From: Eledone cirrhosa | Taxonomy: Eukaryota | Length of the DNA stretch: 64,000 nt | Direction of reading: 5' to 3' | Assembly: GCA_964016885.1 (NCBI GenBank) | Contig: OZ024746.1 | Coordinates: forward strand, 39,494,001 to 39,558,000 | In this document: positions 29,138 through 40,407 of the stretch, piece by piece | Layout: each line of letters begins with the position of its first letter | Position numbering within the stretch: position 1 is the stretch's first letter | Notes under the pieces: generated by a model | Told to the model about the DNA's origin: nothing | What the model saw: only the letters and a program-made list of their open reading frames with translations | The model's database searches: none | Position numbers and translations under genes: made by a program

Positions 29138-29142
<5 letters not shown>
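23881..29142. repeat. 310-bp tandem array, about 10.8 units then about 6.2 inverted units (switch near 27224), one hammerhead per unit, flanked by (TA)n; retrozyme/PLE-pLTR-like
   Basis: Unit starts at 23881, 24191 ... 26981 (period 310); only three substitutions noticed (near 25925, 26860, 27713). Confidence 0.95.
24013..24055 (-). ncRNA. Minimal type I hammerhead of the 310-bp unit (11 copies on -, 6 on + starting 27392-27434)
   Basis: GUAGUC-CUGAAGA-uUUCUaauaAGAAu-GAAAC-GC-GUA-GAUUAC; palindromic ACGCGU stem III; enclosed by a 16-bp outer helix 23991-24006/24064-24079. Confidence 0.8.
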
Positions 29143-29211
<69 letters not shown>

Positions 29212-30051
29212 GTGGGAGGGGTCTGGACAAATTTTCATAAGTATTTTAAACAAAATTACAGGATATATGACACGAGACACGATAAATGAGATTTTATGAT
29301 ATTCATGTTACTGTGATATAGTCTGATCAAAGTAAACCTTTTATATGATTAAAGACATTCTTGCCGTAATCATCCCATAAGTATTTCTATTGAAGAGAAC
29401 CCAGCACCACATGTACCTTTTAAAGATTGTTTTGTTTTATTTGAGAGAGATTTTGTCTATCGTGGTGAGACCAGTAATGAATTAACATAATATAAGAATC
29501 AAAACCGAGTCGCCGACTCAACTCAAATGTTTTATTCCCGATGCCCAGTCTGAACCTTCGAGATTTAAAACCCAGGAACTAAGCCTTAGTTTAGCAAACT
29601 TTGATCAAAAGCTTTCTAGCCATGACCCGTCCCTTTTTTCTCCTCACAGTGCTCACATGACATCATTATCTAAAGTGGTTTTTTTTTTCTAATTTGAGGG
29701 GGTGTTTGGCTGTTGTTTTCTTCTGGTGAATAACCAGGAAGGAAATAGCAGTATCTATGACTCATTATATTTTTCAGTGCCCGTGAGCCGTATAGGAAGA
29801 GGAAAGGAAGTCACCCTTAAGCCAAAGACTTATCTTGAATTCTTACAACAGAATGAACTTCACAAAAGACGCCCAAGAATGAAATAGTGGTGTTAAACCA
29901 GGTAATGGATTAAATCTTTCACCTAAAAATTAAGAACGCAAACAGCTGGAACAAATAACTCAAGACATCTCGTCCGACTATGTAATAATATCACCAACCC
30001 ACCGCTATGGACTGTATCGACTCCAAAATTTAAATTCAGCGAGATTTTAAA

Positions 30052-30480
30052 CTCGGTTTTCGTGCCAACCCTTACGTATCGTCATGAATCTTGGGTAATG
30101 ACCGAAAGAATACGATCACGAATATAAGCGGACGAAATGGGATTCCTCTAAAGGGTCTTTGGAGTAACGTTACTCGATAAAGTGCGTAGCTCGGAGATCA
30201 GAGAGTCACTCCAGGTAGAGCCGCAACTTCTTTCAATTGAGAGATCACAGCTCAAATACTATGGACATGTGGTTAGAATGTCTCAGGAAAGAATCACTGG
30301 ATAGATTTTACGGGCAAAAACCAACCCGCAAGAGACCCAGAGGTAGACCCCGAACAAGATGGTTGGATAAAAACCATGGCTGGTCACGCTTGGGGCTCCA
30401 GTCGGATCAGTCGGGTACGGTTGCTTCTGACAGGACCCGCTGAAAGAAGTGTTTGAGGACTCTGCACGCCACAACCCCCC
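30052..30480 (+). mobile_element. RTE-clade LINE 3' fragment
   Basis: Same family as 8337-8790; KPTRKRPRGRPRTRWLD C-terminal motif. Confidence 0.85.
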
Positions 30481-30963
30481 CCCCCCCCGGAACGTGAGAG
30501 TTAAGAAGAGAAAAGAGAGCAAAGAACCGAAAAAAGAACGCGAGTAATTTCGCCCTATGTTCTAACAACTTTGCCGATACGCTATATTTAACAAGTCGAG
30601 CAAAAACATGGAGGTTGTTTCAGTGGAGAGTTAATTTAAGTTGGTGTCTATTTTTATTCAAATTCAAAGATATTTCAGATCTCTAATTAGAGCTACTGAT
30701 AGGTAGTAACGTATATAATGACAATTTATTTTTGTTACTAGCAAAAATACTTGCTGGTGTCGTTAATATTGTAAATATTAATGTTGCTTACACTCCAGCA
30801 GCTGCTTTCGTTGGTGTCACGTGTAATCTTTTTTTGTTGTTGTTGTTTCCAGGTAGTTATTTATTTCTTTATTTGTTTGTTTATTTATTCATATTATTTT
30901 TATAATTATTTTTACTTTATTGCCTATCTTCTCTTTTTCTGTCGTTTGTGAAAGTGTAGGTAT

Positions 30964-31573
30964 GTCAGGTCACCACTTGGTGCTACTGGTAACATGTATT
31001 CCAGTACAACCTGTCCCATGGTCGGGTCGTTGGGGACTAAACTGGCAACCCCACCAAGGTTTCTTGGTGAGGAGGGTGACTTTGGACATCCTGAAGGACT
31101 ATAAACAAAACCTGTCAAAGAGCAAAGGAGCTCTTAAGAGTCAATGGCCATCCAAAATCACCGGGAGAGATGACCTCTTAGCCTTTGTCAAGGCAGAATT
31201 CTAGGAGAAGGAAAACTCTGATATAACACCTGCAACCCTGATGGTATCCAATGATGTTGACTTGTTCTTCTTTTTGGTAAATATCATCTTGGTTAAGTGA
31301 GTGGGACTGGCTTTGTGCAGTGCCTTTGCTCACTATAAAAGCTTCACGGCACAGGCATTGCTTTATATCTGGAGATCTCTCTGCACTTGTCGTCACATGG
31401 TACCATGGGCCCAGCACTATGTGTCAATAATTGTCGCAAGTGTAGTGTTTGTACCAGAGTTTTCAAGTCGCTGGCTGGACTAAAAAGTCACACTCGTTCA
31501 GCGCATCGGTAGGGGTTCTCCTACATGGATATAAAGTAGTGGCCGTACTCGTAAACGAGTTTGCAGCCACCAT
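30964..31573 (+). mobile_element. About 610-bp non-autonomous bipartite RTE derivative (5'-UTR-like part plus 3' end with C2H2 finger)
   Basis: Closely related inverted copy at 58567-59176; 3' part encodes CSVCTRVFKSLAGLKSHTRSAH; no RT. Confidence 0.7.
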
Positions 31574-31610
31574 ATATATATCTATAGGTGTGTGTGTGTG
31601 CACGTATATA

Positions 31611-31705
31611 CAGGGTGTCCACCAAAATTTATACACATTTATAAAACGATTCTAATAAATATTGCCTGTAGAGGTAATCAAAGTATGTATACATTTTTGG
31701 CGATA

Positions 31706-31710
<5 letters not shown>
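31611..31710. mobile_element. About 100-bp Tc1/mariner-type MITE
   Basis: TA-CAGGGTGTCCACCAAAATTTATACAC.. with imperfect inverted end GTATACATTTTTGGCGATACC. Confidence 0.5.
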
Positions 31711-31754
<44 letters not shown>

Positions 31755-31782
31755 CATCCATCCATACATACATACATACATA

Positions 31783-32680
31783 CGAGGTGGGTCAGAAAAG
31801 TTCCAGGACTGATGTCACAAAAGATTTATTTCAAACCCAAACTTCACACTAAGAGTTTTCTCCATCAAAGTAATTCCCCTGGAGTCTAATGCACTTTTTT
31901 TTATCCTTTTCTGCCACGCTTGCATGCACTCCTGGAAGGATTCTTCCGGGATCCTCCGCAGTTCCGTCGTCACGGCCTTTTTGATGTCGTCCACGTCTTC
32001 AAAACGGGTCCCCTCCGGATCGTACTCGAAGATCCATAACTCATCACCGGTGATGACTGTCCCTAGCAAGTCTGGTTCGGTTTCAAGACGTTCGATGATG
32101 TCCTGGCACACTTGCATGCGTCGACCCTTCTGGTCATCGTTCAGCAGTTTTGGCACCATCTTCGCGCAGACTTTCTGCATGTCCAAATCTTCAGTGAGAA
32201 TCTTCCAGACGCTGTACCGATTCATTCCCAGCTCATTTGCTATCAGTCGAACAGTCAGCCGACGATCGCTACGCACGATCTGCCTGACGCGCTCAACGTT
32301 GACCTCAGTCCTGGTTGTTGAGGGCCTTCCGCTCCTGGGGTCATCTTCCACGTCCTCACGCCCTTCTTTAAACCTCTTGCACCACTCAAAAACACGTGAG
32401 CGTGACATCGTCTCATCTCCATACACTTGCTGCAGCAATCCCAGTGCTTCCGACGGAGTTTTCAAGTTTGTTCGTTGCTCTGTGCTCATTGCTTGACGAC
32501 CTGAAACAGAGAACATGTATATGAAATTATGAAGAAAAAAGTTTGATCGCTGAAGAGAGCTAAGATTACAGTTACATACTACAGGGGGATTTCTTTGAGG
32601 GAGAAAACTCTTAGTGTGAAGTTTGGGTTTGAAATAAATCTTTTGTGACATCAGTCCTGGAACTTTTCTGACCCACCTCC
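31783..32680 (-). mobile_element. Internally deleted mariner element (898 bp, about 100-bp TIRs, TA target duplication)
   Basis: TIR CGAGGTGGGTCAGAAAAGTTCCAGGACTGATGTCAC.. at both ends; TA at 31781-31782 and 32681-32682. Confidence 0.92.
31815..32489 (-). pseudogene. Mariner transposase with in-frame deletion of most of the catalytic domain
   Basis: HTH region (MSRSRVFEW.KRFKEGREDVEDDPRSGRP), AKMVPKLL linker, ITGDE first catalytic Asp, then YDPE jumps straight to GTRFEDVDDIK. Confidence 0.85.
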
Positions 32681-32777
32681 TATATACATACATACATACA
32701 TATATATATATATATAGAGAGAGAGAGAAATTGGGTGAGTAGAAGAGTAAGTGTACTATGTATCATTATTTCTAACC

Positions 32778-33585
32778 GTGAGTTCAAATCCCGCCGAGGT
32801 TAACTTTGCCTTTCATCCTTACGGGGTCGATAAAATAAAGTACCAGTAATACACTGGGTAATTGCTGGCCTTGTGCCTAACGTAGAAACAATTATTTCTA
32901 ACAAAGAGTGAACTCAATACAATTGTAGAATGTATTTTATTATCTATTTCATGGTTTAGTCACCTAGTAAGAATGCCGATTGGCCAAACGGTCTTGTTGG
33001 TCAAAACATTAAGTGCTCAGACTTCAGAATGAGAGGAAGACGACGGTGGTAGTTGATTGATGGGATTGCTGACAGACTCCACACCCATTGCATGTCATTA
33101 CTATAGACCTCAAGCATTGCTGTTGGCCACAAACTATGTATATCTCTCTGTGACACCTTTTTGGACAAGAATTTCACTACCAGATATGACATGTGTTCCA
33201 TCCATAAGAATTTATTTAGACATTATTATAATGTTCAATGCTGACGTCTGATGTAACCTCGACGCGCCATAATAAAATAAATAGTTATCAAATCCCGCCG
33301 AGGATAGCTTTTCCTTTCATCCTTACGGGTCGATAAAACAAAGTACCAGTAATGCACTGGGGTCGATTTAATTGACTTTCCCCATCCCTCCAAATTGTTG
33401 GCCTTGTGCCTAAATCAGAAGGTGGATTGGCAGTATCGGTAGAGGGTCGGACGTCATGCTTTGCAGCAAAGAGTTACGGTCCTTTATGGTCTGAGTTCAA
33501 ATCCCGCCGAGGTTAACTTTGCCTTTCATCCTTACGGGATGCACTGGGTAATTGCTGGCCTTGTGCCAAAAGTAGAAACAATTAT
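32778..33585 (+). mobile_element. Three SINE family 1 copies or fragments (about 32778-32897, 33289-33420, 33421-33585)
   Basis: B box and core motifs repeated. Confidence 0.8.
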
Positions 33586-34547
33586 GAAATAAATAGTTGA
33601 AAAACACTTGAGTCCAGATTCTGACACATCCTTTTCAAATAACTTCCCTAAGTCAATGAACTCGACATATATAATAAGCCCTAGTTCACAATACCTAGTT
33701 ACTACTTCAAAGCTGTAACTTATTAAATACTCATATTTTACCAACTAACTTCAATGACGACAAAGTAATTAAAAAAATATAATAATATTTTCGATGAACA
33801 CATATTTGTGTGTGATATTTAACCGTTATTCTTCTGGTTGTTAAGATGGCTAAATTTGGTAAAATCTCTAATGGCGTTAACTTTTTTTTAAATGTATTTT
33901 TATCTTTTATCTAAGAATGTATTGTTAGCCAATTATCTTTTATAAATCTCAGTCGGCTGATGTTTTTCCGTGATGACAAACACTTTTCTTTATTGTTCTT
34001 TCCTTAAATGTTTCTATATGTTTTTGACCGATTATGACCTTATATGAACATTGACAGACAAATTGTTCTACCGTTTAGGAATCTGTGCCTTTTCTCCACT
34101 GTCTATTCAAGCTTCAGGGAAGAATGAAAGAAAAAAAGAAATAAATAAATATAGAAGCAATGGAATGAAATAGTATCTCTTCTTATTATAATTTTCTAAT
34201 CAAAAGTGAACAGAGACGCCTACAGGAATCAAACCAAGAATCTCGAATGCCCGGTTAACTTGTTTAACCATTACGCCAGGCGGGATTTTTTTCCGTCCCT
34301 CAGGGTAACTTTTACCCGACTTATTCAACTATTATTTCTAGTTATCAACTATTATTATAGTTATCCTCATTGTGCTATCCATATTTTTAAATTTCAAATT
34401 TCCTAATGCTTTGTAAGATAACGAAATGTTAACACTTCTATATTTGTGCATAAAATCTTCTACAAAATGTTAATGAGCGGTCAGTGGCCCTTTGGCATCA
34501 TGGTTAAATGCACTCGACCCGCATACGAGAGATGAGTGACCCGATAT

Positions 34548-34621
<74 letters not shown>

Positions 34622-35789
34622 TTGTGTGTGTGAGTGTGTGTAAACAACTATCCTGTTAATAAAATAACCGACGGAAAATTATAATAATAAAAACTGTTTT
34701 TATTGGCAGCATGACCAAAGTATAACAATATGTACCATTTGATACTATTTGATCCAATATTCTTTATAATTATTCTTACTAACACTGTCGCATCACCAAA
34801 TATTAAATGTGTGTGTTCATTTGTAGAACATTTCTGACATTAACGTTCGTTAATTCCCAAGTAAACGAACAGTTAGATGTCGTGCTATGTTTTTTATTCT
34901 TGTCAGAATATAAAGAAAACATTACTAGTGAGTGATGGCAACAGTCTTAACCAACTAGATTCAGTTATTACTACAACCCTAAATTCAGTGGTTTCATCGC
35001 ATCACTAACTATTACAACATAAGTTTTACAACTTACAATTTCAAGATGTCAACTAAATGAGAATAATAATTAGATTTATCGAGTAATTGAATATTAAATT
35101 AACCAACAAATTAGACAGATGTGAGTTTAACATGATACGAGCAAAGGAAAAGTAATTTGTACACATTAACACATATGTTGTATGTGTTTACATATATATG
35201 GTGTGGTCTTGTAGATATATTTAACATGTTTTCGTATGACACAAATAGAAATACATTATGTAAGTGTGCGTGTTCGTATGCGAGAGTCTGTATCTGAATG
35301 TGTGTATATTTATGTGAGAGTGTCTGTGAGAGCCAGGAACCGATGAAAGTTCAAACTACTGTTTCATGTTAATACAATTTAAACTCAGTCTGCGTATCAA
35401 TTAGGATGAATATTTCCTGTAACATGTATTGAAGTAACACCAAAAACTTTATCATCCTGTGGTGCGGGTAGGGCACGTGTAATACAACAGAACTTACTCC
35501 TACTCGTGGTATCGGGTACAGATGGATATCGTCAATATAAAGACTGAGGTGAAATGACTAAATCAGAAATCAAAAATGGGTCACAGTCTTGATTTGCCTG
35601 GGGCGTATAACAAGTCTATGACACTCGCACATTCATAAGGTTGTGTGAACTGTCAAGTCCTATAATACATTGTATCCTAGGGGCATCACTGAAGATTGTG
35701 ATTTAATGTTAATTAATGTTAATAGATCCGAGGGTTAGTCAACAAGGCAGAGCCTACTTACCTTCAGTCTGTATATATATATATATATA

Positions 35790-36363
35790 TAAATGTATAT
35801 ATAGTGTATTTTGCAATACACTATATGCTTAATTAAAAGCATTTCGAAGACCTTACAGGGGAGATAAAGCTGACTGAGCTCTGTTTCGCACTTTTTGGTG
35901 CTTATCAAAACTAACTACTCCACCTGTTTGCTGAAAATTAAGTAAGGTCTTCGAAATGTTTTTAATTAAGCATACAGTGTATTGCAAAATCCACTATATA
36001 CACATTCATATATATATATCGCTATTTCAGAGCACCAATTCTAATTTTCAATTTCTGCTTGACCGGCAACCGCTCTGTATAATCAATTCCTGATTATTAC
36101 TAGAATTCTATAAGAATCAAACATTCATGATTCTCAGCAAACAGGTGGAGTAGTTAGCTTTGATAAGCACCAAAAAGTGCGAAACAGAGCTCTGTCAGCT
36201 TTATCTCCCTGTTTGCTGAAAATTAAAGTAAGTGAGACTGTCACTACTCTAAAACAATAGCGTAAGGTCTTCAAAATGCTTTTAATTAAGTATACAGTGT
36301 ATTGCAAAATACACTATATATACATTCATATATATATCGCTATTTCAGAGCACCAATTCTAAT
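35790..36363. mobile_element. Sister family of the 310-bp unit: 318-bp period, inverted left arm, two variant HHRs (35868-35912 on -, 36156-36200 on +)
   Basis: Shares CGCTATTTCAGAGCA, GACCGGCAACCGCTCT and AGGTCTTCAAAATG blocks; AGCU-UUGAUAA-GCACcaaaaaGUGC-GAAACAGAGCUCUGUC-AGCU. Confidence 0.8.
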
Positions 36364-36499
36364 TATATATATATATATATAGTGAAACGCACTTTTTATG
36401 ATCATTTTGGAACGGACACTTCCAGATGACAATAACAAACAGATAACATTAAGTAAAAGATTAATCTTGATTACAGCAACCATTTAATAACTTTATATT

Positions 36500-37647
36500 A
36501 TATATAATAAATGCTATCACCACATGAGCAGTATCACTCCTCAGATATGGAGCAGGGACGATCACATAAACAATAAATAGCTAAACAGCTTACACCGAAA
36601 GACAAGATTGCTATTGACTAGATATGGAGTATTTCATCCATATATGTACAAAGAAAAAGAGGAGGAAGATGGCAGCAGACAGTATTAGAACCGAAGAAAA
36701 CAACATGGCATGGTACATAAAAATTCCACGGAACCGCTATTGTCAGAAGGTCAGGGTTGTGCAAAATTGAAGGTTTCAATAATAATAGACGGTACAGGAA
36801 TTTGAAAATGGATTAAACTAAAAATAGGTGGACAGGAAAAAGAACGCGTAAGTAATATCATAGAGATGTTGAATATAGGACAGACTAAAAAAAAAAAATG
36901 CTGGCTATGGGTGGCTAAAAGTGATTTAAAACAGGAAACAGAAACTTTAATATGTGCTGCCTAAGAACAAGCACTAAGAACTGATTACATCAAACATAGA
37001 GTAGACCACACAGCAGAAAGCGATAAATGCAGAATTTGTGTCAAGAATGGAGAAACTGAATAGCTCAAAAAAATATAAAAGGCGCATTTGACAATGTAGT
37101 AAGGATAATCCATTGGGCACTTTGCAGCAAATATAGACTTGATAGAGAAGAAAGTGGTACGAACATAAACCTGGGGGCGTTGTCGAAAATGATTAATGCC
37201 TATGGGATTTTATGATCCGGTGTGACCATGAAATTGAGAATAGGAAATACAATATTGTGATAATTGAGAAAGAAAACAATGTTGGATAATAGATACAGCA
37301 TGTCCAACTGATAAGGTGTACGATAAAGAAGGAGTTAAAATCGATAGATACGGGGATAGATAGAAGGTTAAACAGTCACTACTGTTTAACCTTCTAACTA
37401 TCTGAAAAACGTGATAGTAATACCCATAATAATTGGAACCTTATGAAATAGTAAGTAAAGATCTTGAAAAGCATATTAAATGAATAGGGGCTGGAATATG
37501 GATGGAGCATTTACAGAAAACAGCACTGCCTGGAACAGTTCGAATACTCCGGAGGGGGCTTAAAAAATAAGGGGTGTTACTTCAATTCACTGGCAATGAA
37601 CAGCTGACACCGTAAATCATCAAGGGAAAACACATAATAATAATAAT
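36500..37647 (+). mobile_element. R4/Dong-like non-LTR retrotransposon 3' fragment (restriction-like endonuclease type), ending in (TAA)n
   Basis: INAI..AV.LLRYGAG, SDLKQETETLICAA.EQALRT, DKCRIC, KWYEHKP, WDF.I.CDHEIE, IPIIIG, LQKTAL.GT.RILRR, with stops and frameshifts. Confidence 0.85.
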
Positions 37648-37815
37648 GGTTTCTGATTTAGGCACAAGGCCAGCAATTTTGAGGGACAGGAATGTCGATT
37701 AAATCGAATCACAGTAGACTCATTAGATTTAGCGGGGATACAACGGCACACACACACAGAAACACACTCATACACACACACACATACACACACATATATA
37801 TATATTTATATACAT

Positions 37816-37895
<80 letters not shown>

Positions 37896-38287
37896 GTGGT
37901 TTACTCAAGCAAGAATTTACACTAATAAATGTGACAGAACTAAAGCTACGTATCATCAATTAATTGATTATGTTAGTCTGGACGAGGCCATTTAATAGTT
38001 AGGGGTCTTGGTCATAGATACTTCAATGCCTTCGCTATTTATAGTTCTCTAAAATGAAACTTCCTTATTTTTTAATGCTTCATCATGTCAGCTTGCCTTT
38101 ATGTATGTAGCTGGGAATTGTAGACACTGTAAGCAACTGGAGTAGGATTACTAAATCAGGAATCATCCAACCAGTTGAAAAAAAGAGGAAATTAAAATGA
38201 TTTCGTGTCGCTGAATTGTGTAATGTTATTCATCAAATATTGAATGAATGCTTATTAGTTGAATTTAGTCAAGATATATCTGTGTAA

Positions 38288-38570
38288 AGGCGGCGAATTG
38301 GCAGAGTCCCGGATAGAATGCTTTATGGTATTCGTTCCGGCTCTCTGAGTTCAAATCCCACCGAGGTCAACTTTGCCTTTCATCCTTTCGACGTCGATAA
38401 AAAAAGAACCAGTCAAGTACTGGGGTCGATTCTTCCTCTCCCTGGAAGAAATCTGATGTACCCAGGCCAGGAGAAGGATGGGCTCCGCCAGGCTTAAAAT
38501 GCCCAAGAAACGCCGTATGTCATTACGGCGCCTCTACGACTCTATCAGGAGTTACGGGAACGTGCCATAT
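38288..38570 (+). mobile_element. SINE family 1 variant followed by a different GC-richer tail
   Basis: GGCGGCGAATTGGCAG head, B box, GCCTTTCATCCTTTCG core. Confidence 0.65.
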
Positions 38571-39128
38571 CATATCATACCATACCTGTGTAAGGATATA
38601 GTGAATTTGCAGTAAACGTTGTCTTAACGCTGTAAATCAAGGGATAGTAAGCACAACGGGTCCCATTCTTCATGATACATGTAAATTATTACTTGTAATC
38701 TCTCTCTCTCTCTTTATATATATATATATATATCTCCGCCTCTCTCTTAAACCATTCTATGGCCGTGTTGCGCTTCGGACCATCAGTGGATGATTTGGTT
38801 TTGTTACCATGAGTTTTTCTATGAGAAGAGGTTTCTCCTATCTCAATTGATTTTGCTTCATTTTGGGATACAAGGTCGTTGTGAGTGGTCTCCCATAACG
38901 CTTCTCAGGGCTCAGCATAACTGATGCAGTTTGAGAGGAAAAGAGAGGGAAAGAAAAGAGAAAGAAAAAGAAGGAAAGAGAGAGGGATAGGAAAAGAAAA
39001 AGTTGGCTCCAGTTGATAACTAATGCTTTATATATCGATCCTGAAAAGATGAAAGACAAACTACGGTGGGATATGAACTCAAAGTGCAAGGAGTTGGAAC
39101 AAATACTACAATGCCTTTTATACAACTG

Positions 39129-39322
39129 CAGACCTGTCAACTCTTCCCGTCTGACGGGGAGATCTCCCACCCACTTTGGGTGGATGAGAGATGTCTTTTC
39201 TTGTGAAAATGTATACAGTTTTCATTATGTAAAATCTCCCCATTTTTCCTTATTTCTCCCTGTTTTGGGGCACTATTTTTCATGGTACTCCCCGTTTGTG
39301 TTTTTAGAGGTTGGCAGGTCTG
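39129..39322. mobile_element. 194-bp MITE, TIR CAGACCTG.CAAC, 6-bp TSD CAACTG
   Basis: TSD at 39123-39128 and 39323-39328; inverted diverged copy at 55596-55790. Confidence 0.8.
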
Positions 39323-40253
39323 CAACTGTGCCATTTCATCACTCGAAAGCACAAAACAGTTATAGTGTTGTCTTGTTGAATAAAGCTGTGATATGTGAAG
39401 ATGAGAACGTTTATATATTAGATTTGTTATTGGTTAGTGTAAGGAACATTTTAGCGAAGTGTAAACAAGCTTGTGCAACATGAGTAGAACGTTTCTTTCG
39501 TGGAACACCCATTAAAACATGATTATTTTCATAGAAAAATAGTACAGAGACTTCTTCCTATAAAATGTAGAAACAGCATTAGTGATGATTATTTGTTTCA
39601 AACGAAATTATTTTAGTTGCAGCAATTATACAAGACAAGTTTATTTAATTGTTATAATAACATTTAAGTTGTATCAATTTCCATTATAATTATTGCCGTC
39701 CTGGCATATGTTATAATTATTTTTCGTTATAATTTTGCAATGTCTGTCTCTGTTATTACTATTGTATGTTTCTGTGTTACAAGTGATGTAGTAGTAGCGT
39801 CCATATATTGATTACTGATTAACATTATTTGTACTATGACAGATTGTAAACAGCTGCTTATGTTGTCAATCATCTTTATGTTGAAGATGGATGTACCGGC
39901 TTTCTTAGTGTAGTAGTAAACTCTAACCAAACTAAAATTGCGACCTGGTTTCGACTTAAGAATAAAACACTAATATAGTTAAGAGGGGTATCGACCCCAC
40001 ACAATTTCACATCTCCTATTCTTATAAATTTGACATCTTGGGCTTATCAAACGAATAATTGGTAAGATGAGTGAATTGCCTTAAGTTGTTCTGCTTTGGC
40101 TATATAATCAGTTGCTGATGGTTTGTAAGGAATATGCGTAGGACTTTGCCTGGATGTCCTTGAATTTTATTTAACAAAATGCACTGTCAAATTTCTCGTT
40201 CTGAAAAGTAGGTTGTATCTAAATATCTAAATATACGTCACATACAACGCCCC

Positions 40254-40407
<154 letters not shown>

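Noticed and set aside
23881-29142. CRISPR-like array or centromeric satellite
   Set aside because: No unique spacers and no cas genes in a eukaryotic context; a short, (TA)n-embedded, HHR-bearing, internally inverted array fits a retro-insertion better than a classical satellite.
31924-32496. 190-aa + strand ORF
   Set aside because: Antisense shadow of the mariner transposase.
39013-39483. 156-aa ORF as a host exon
   Set aside because: Runs through a MITE; no recognisable domain.
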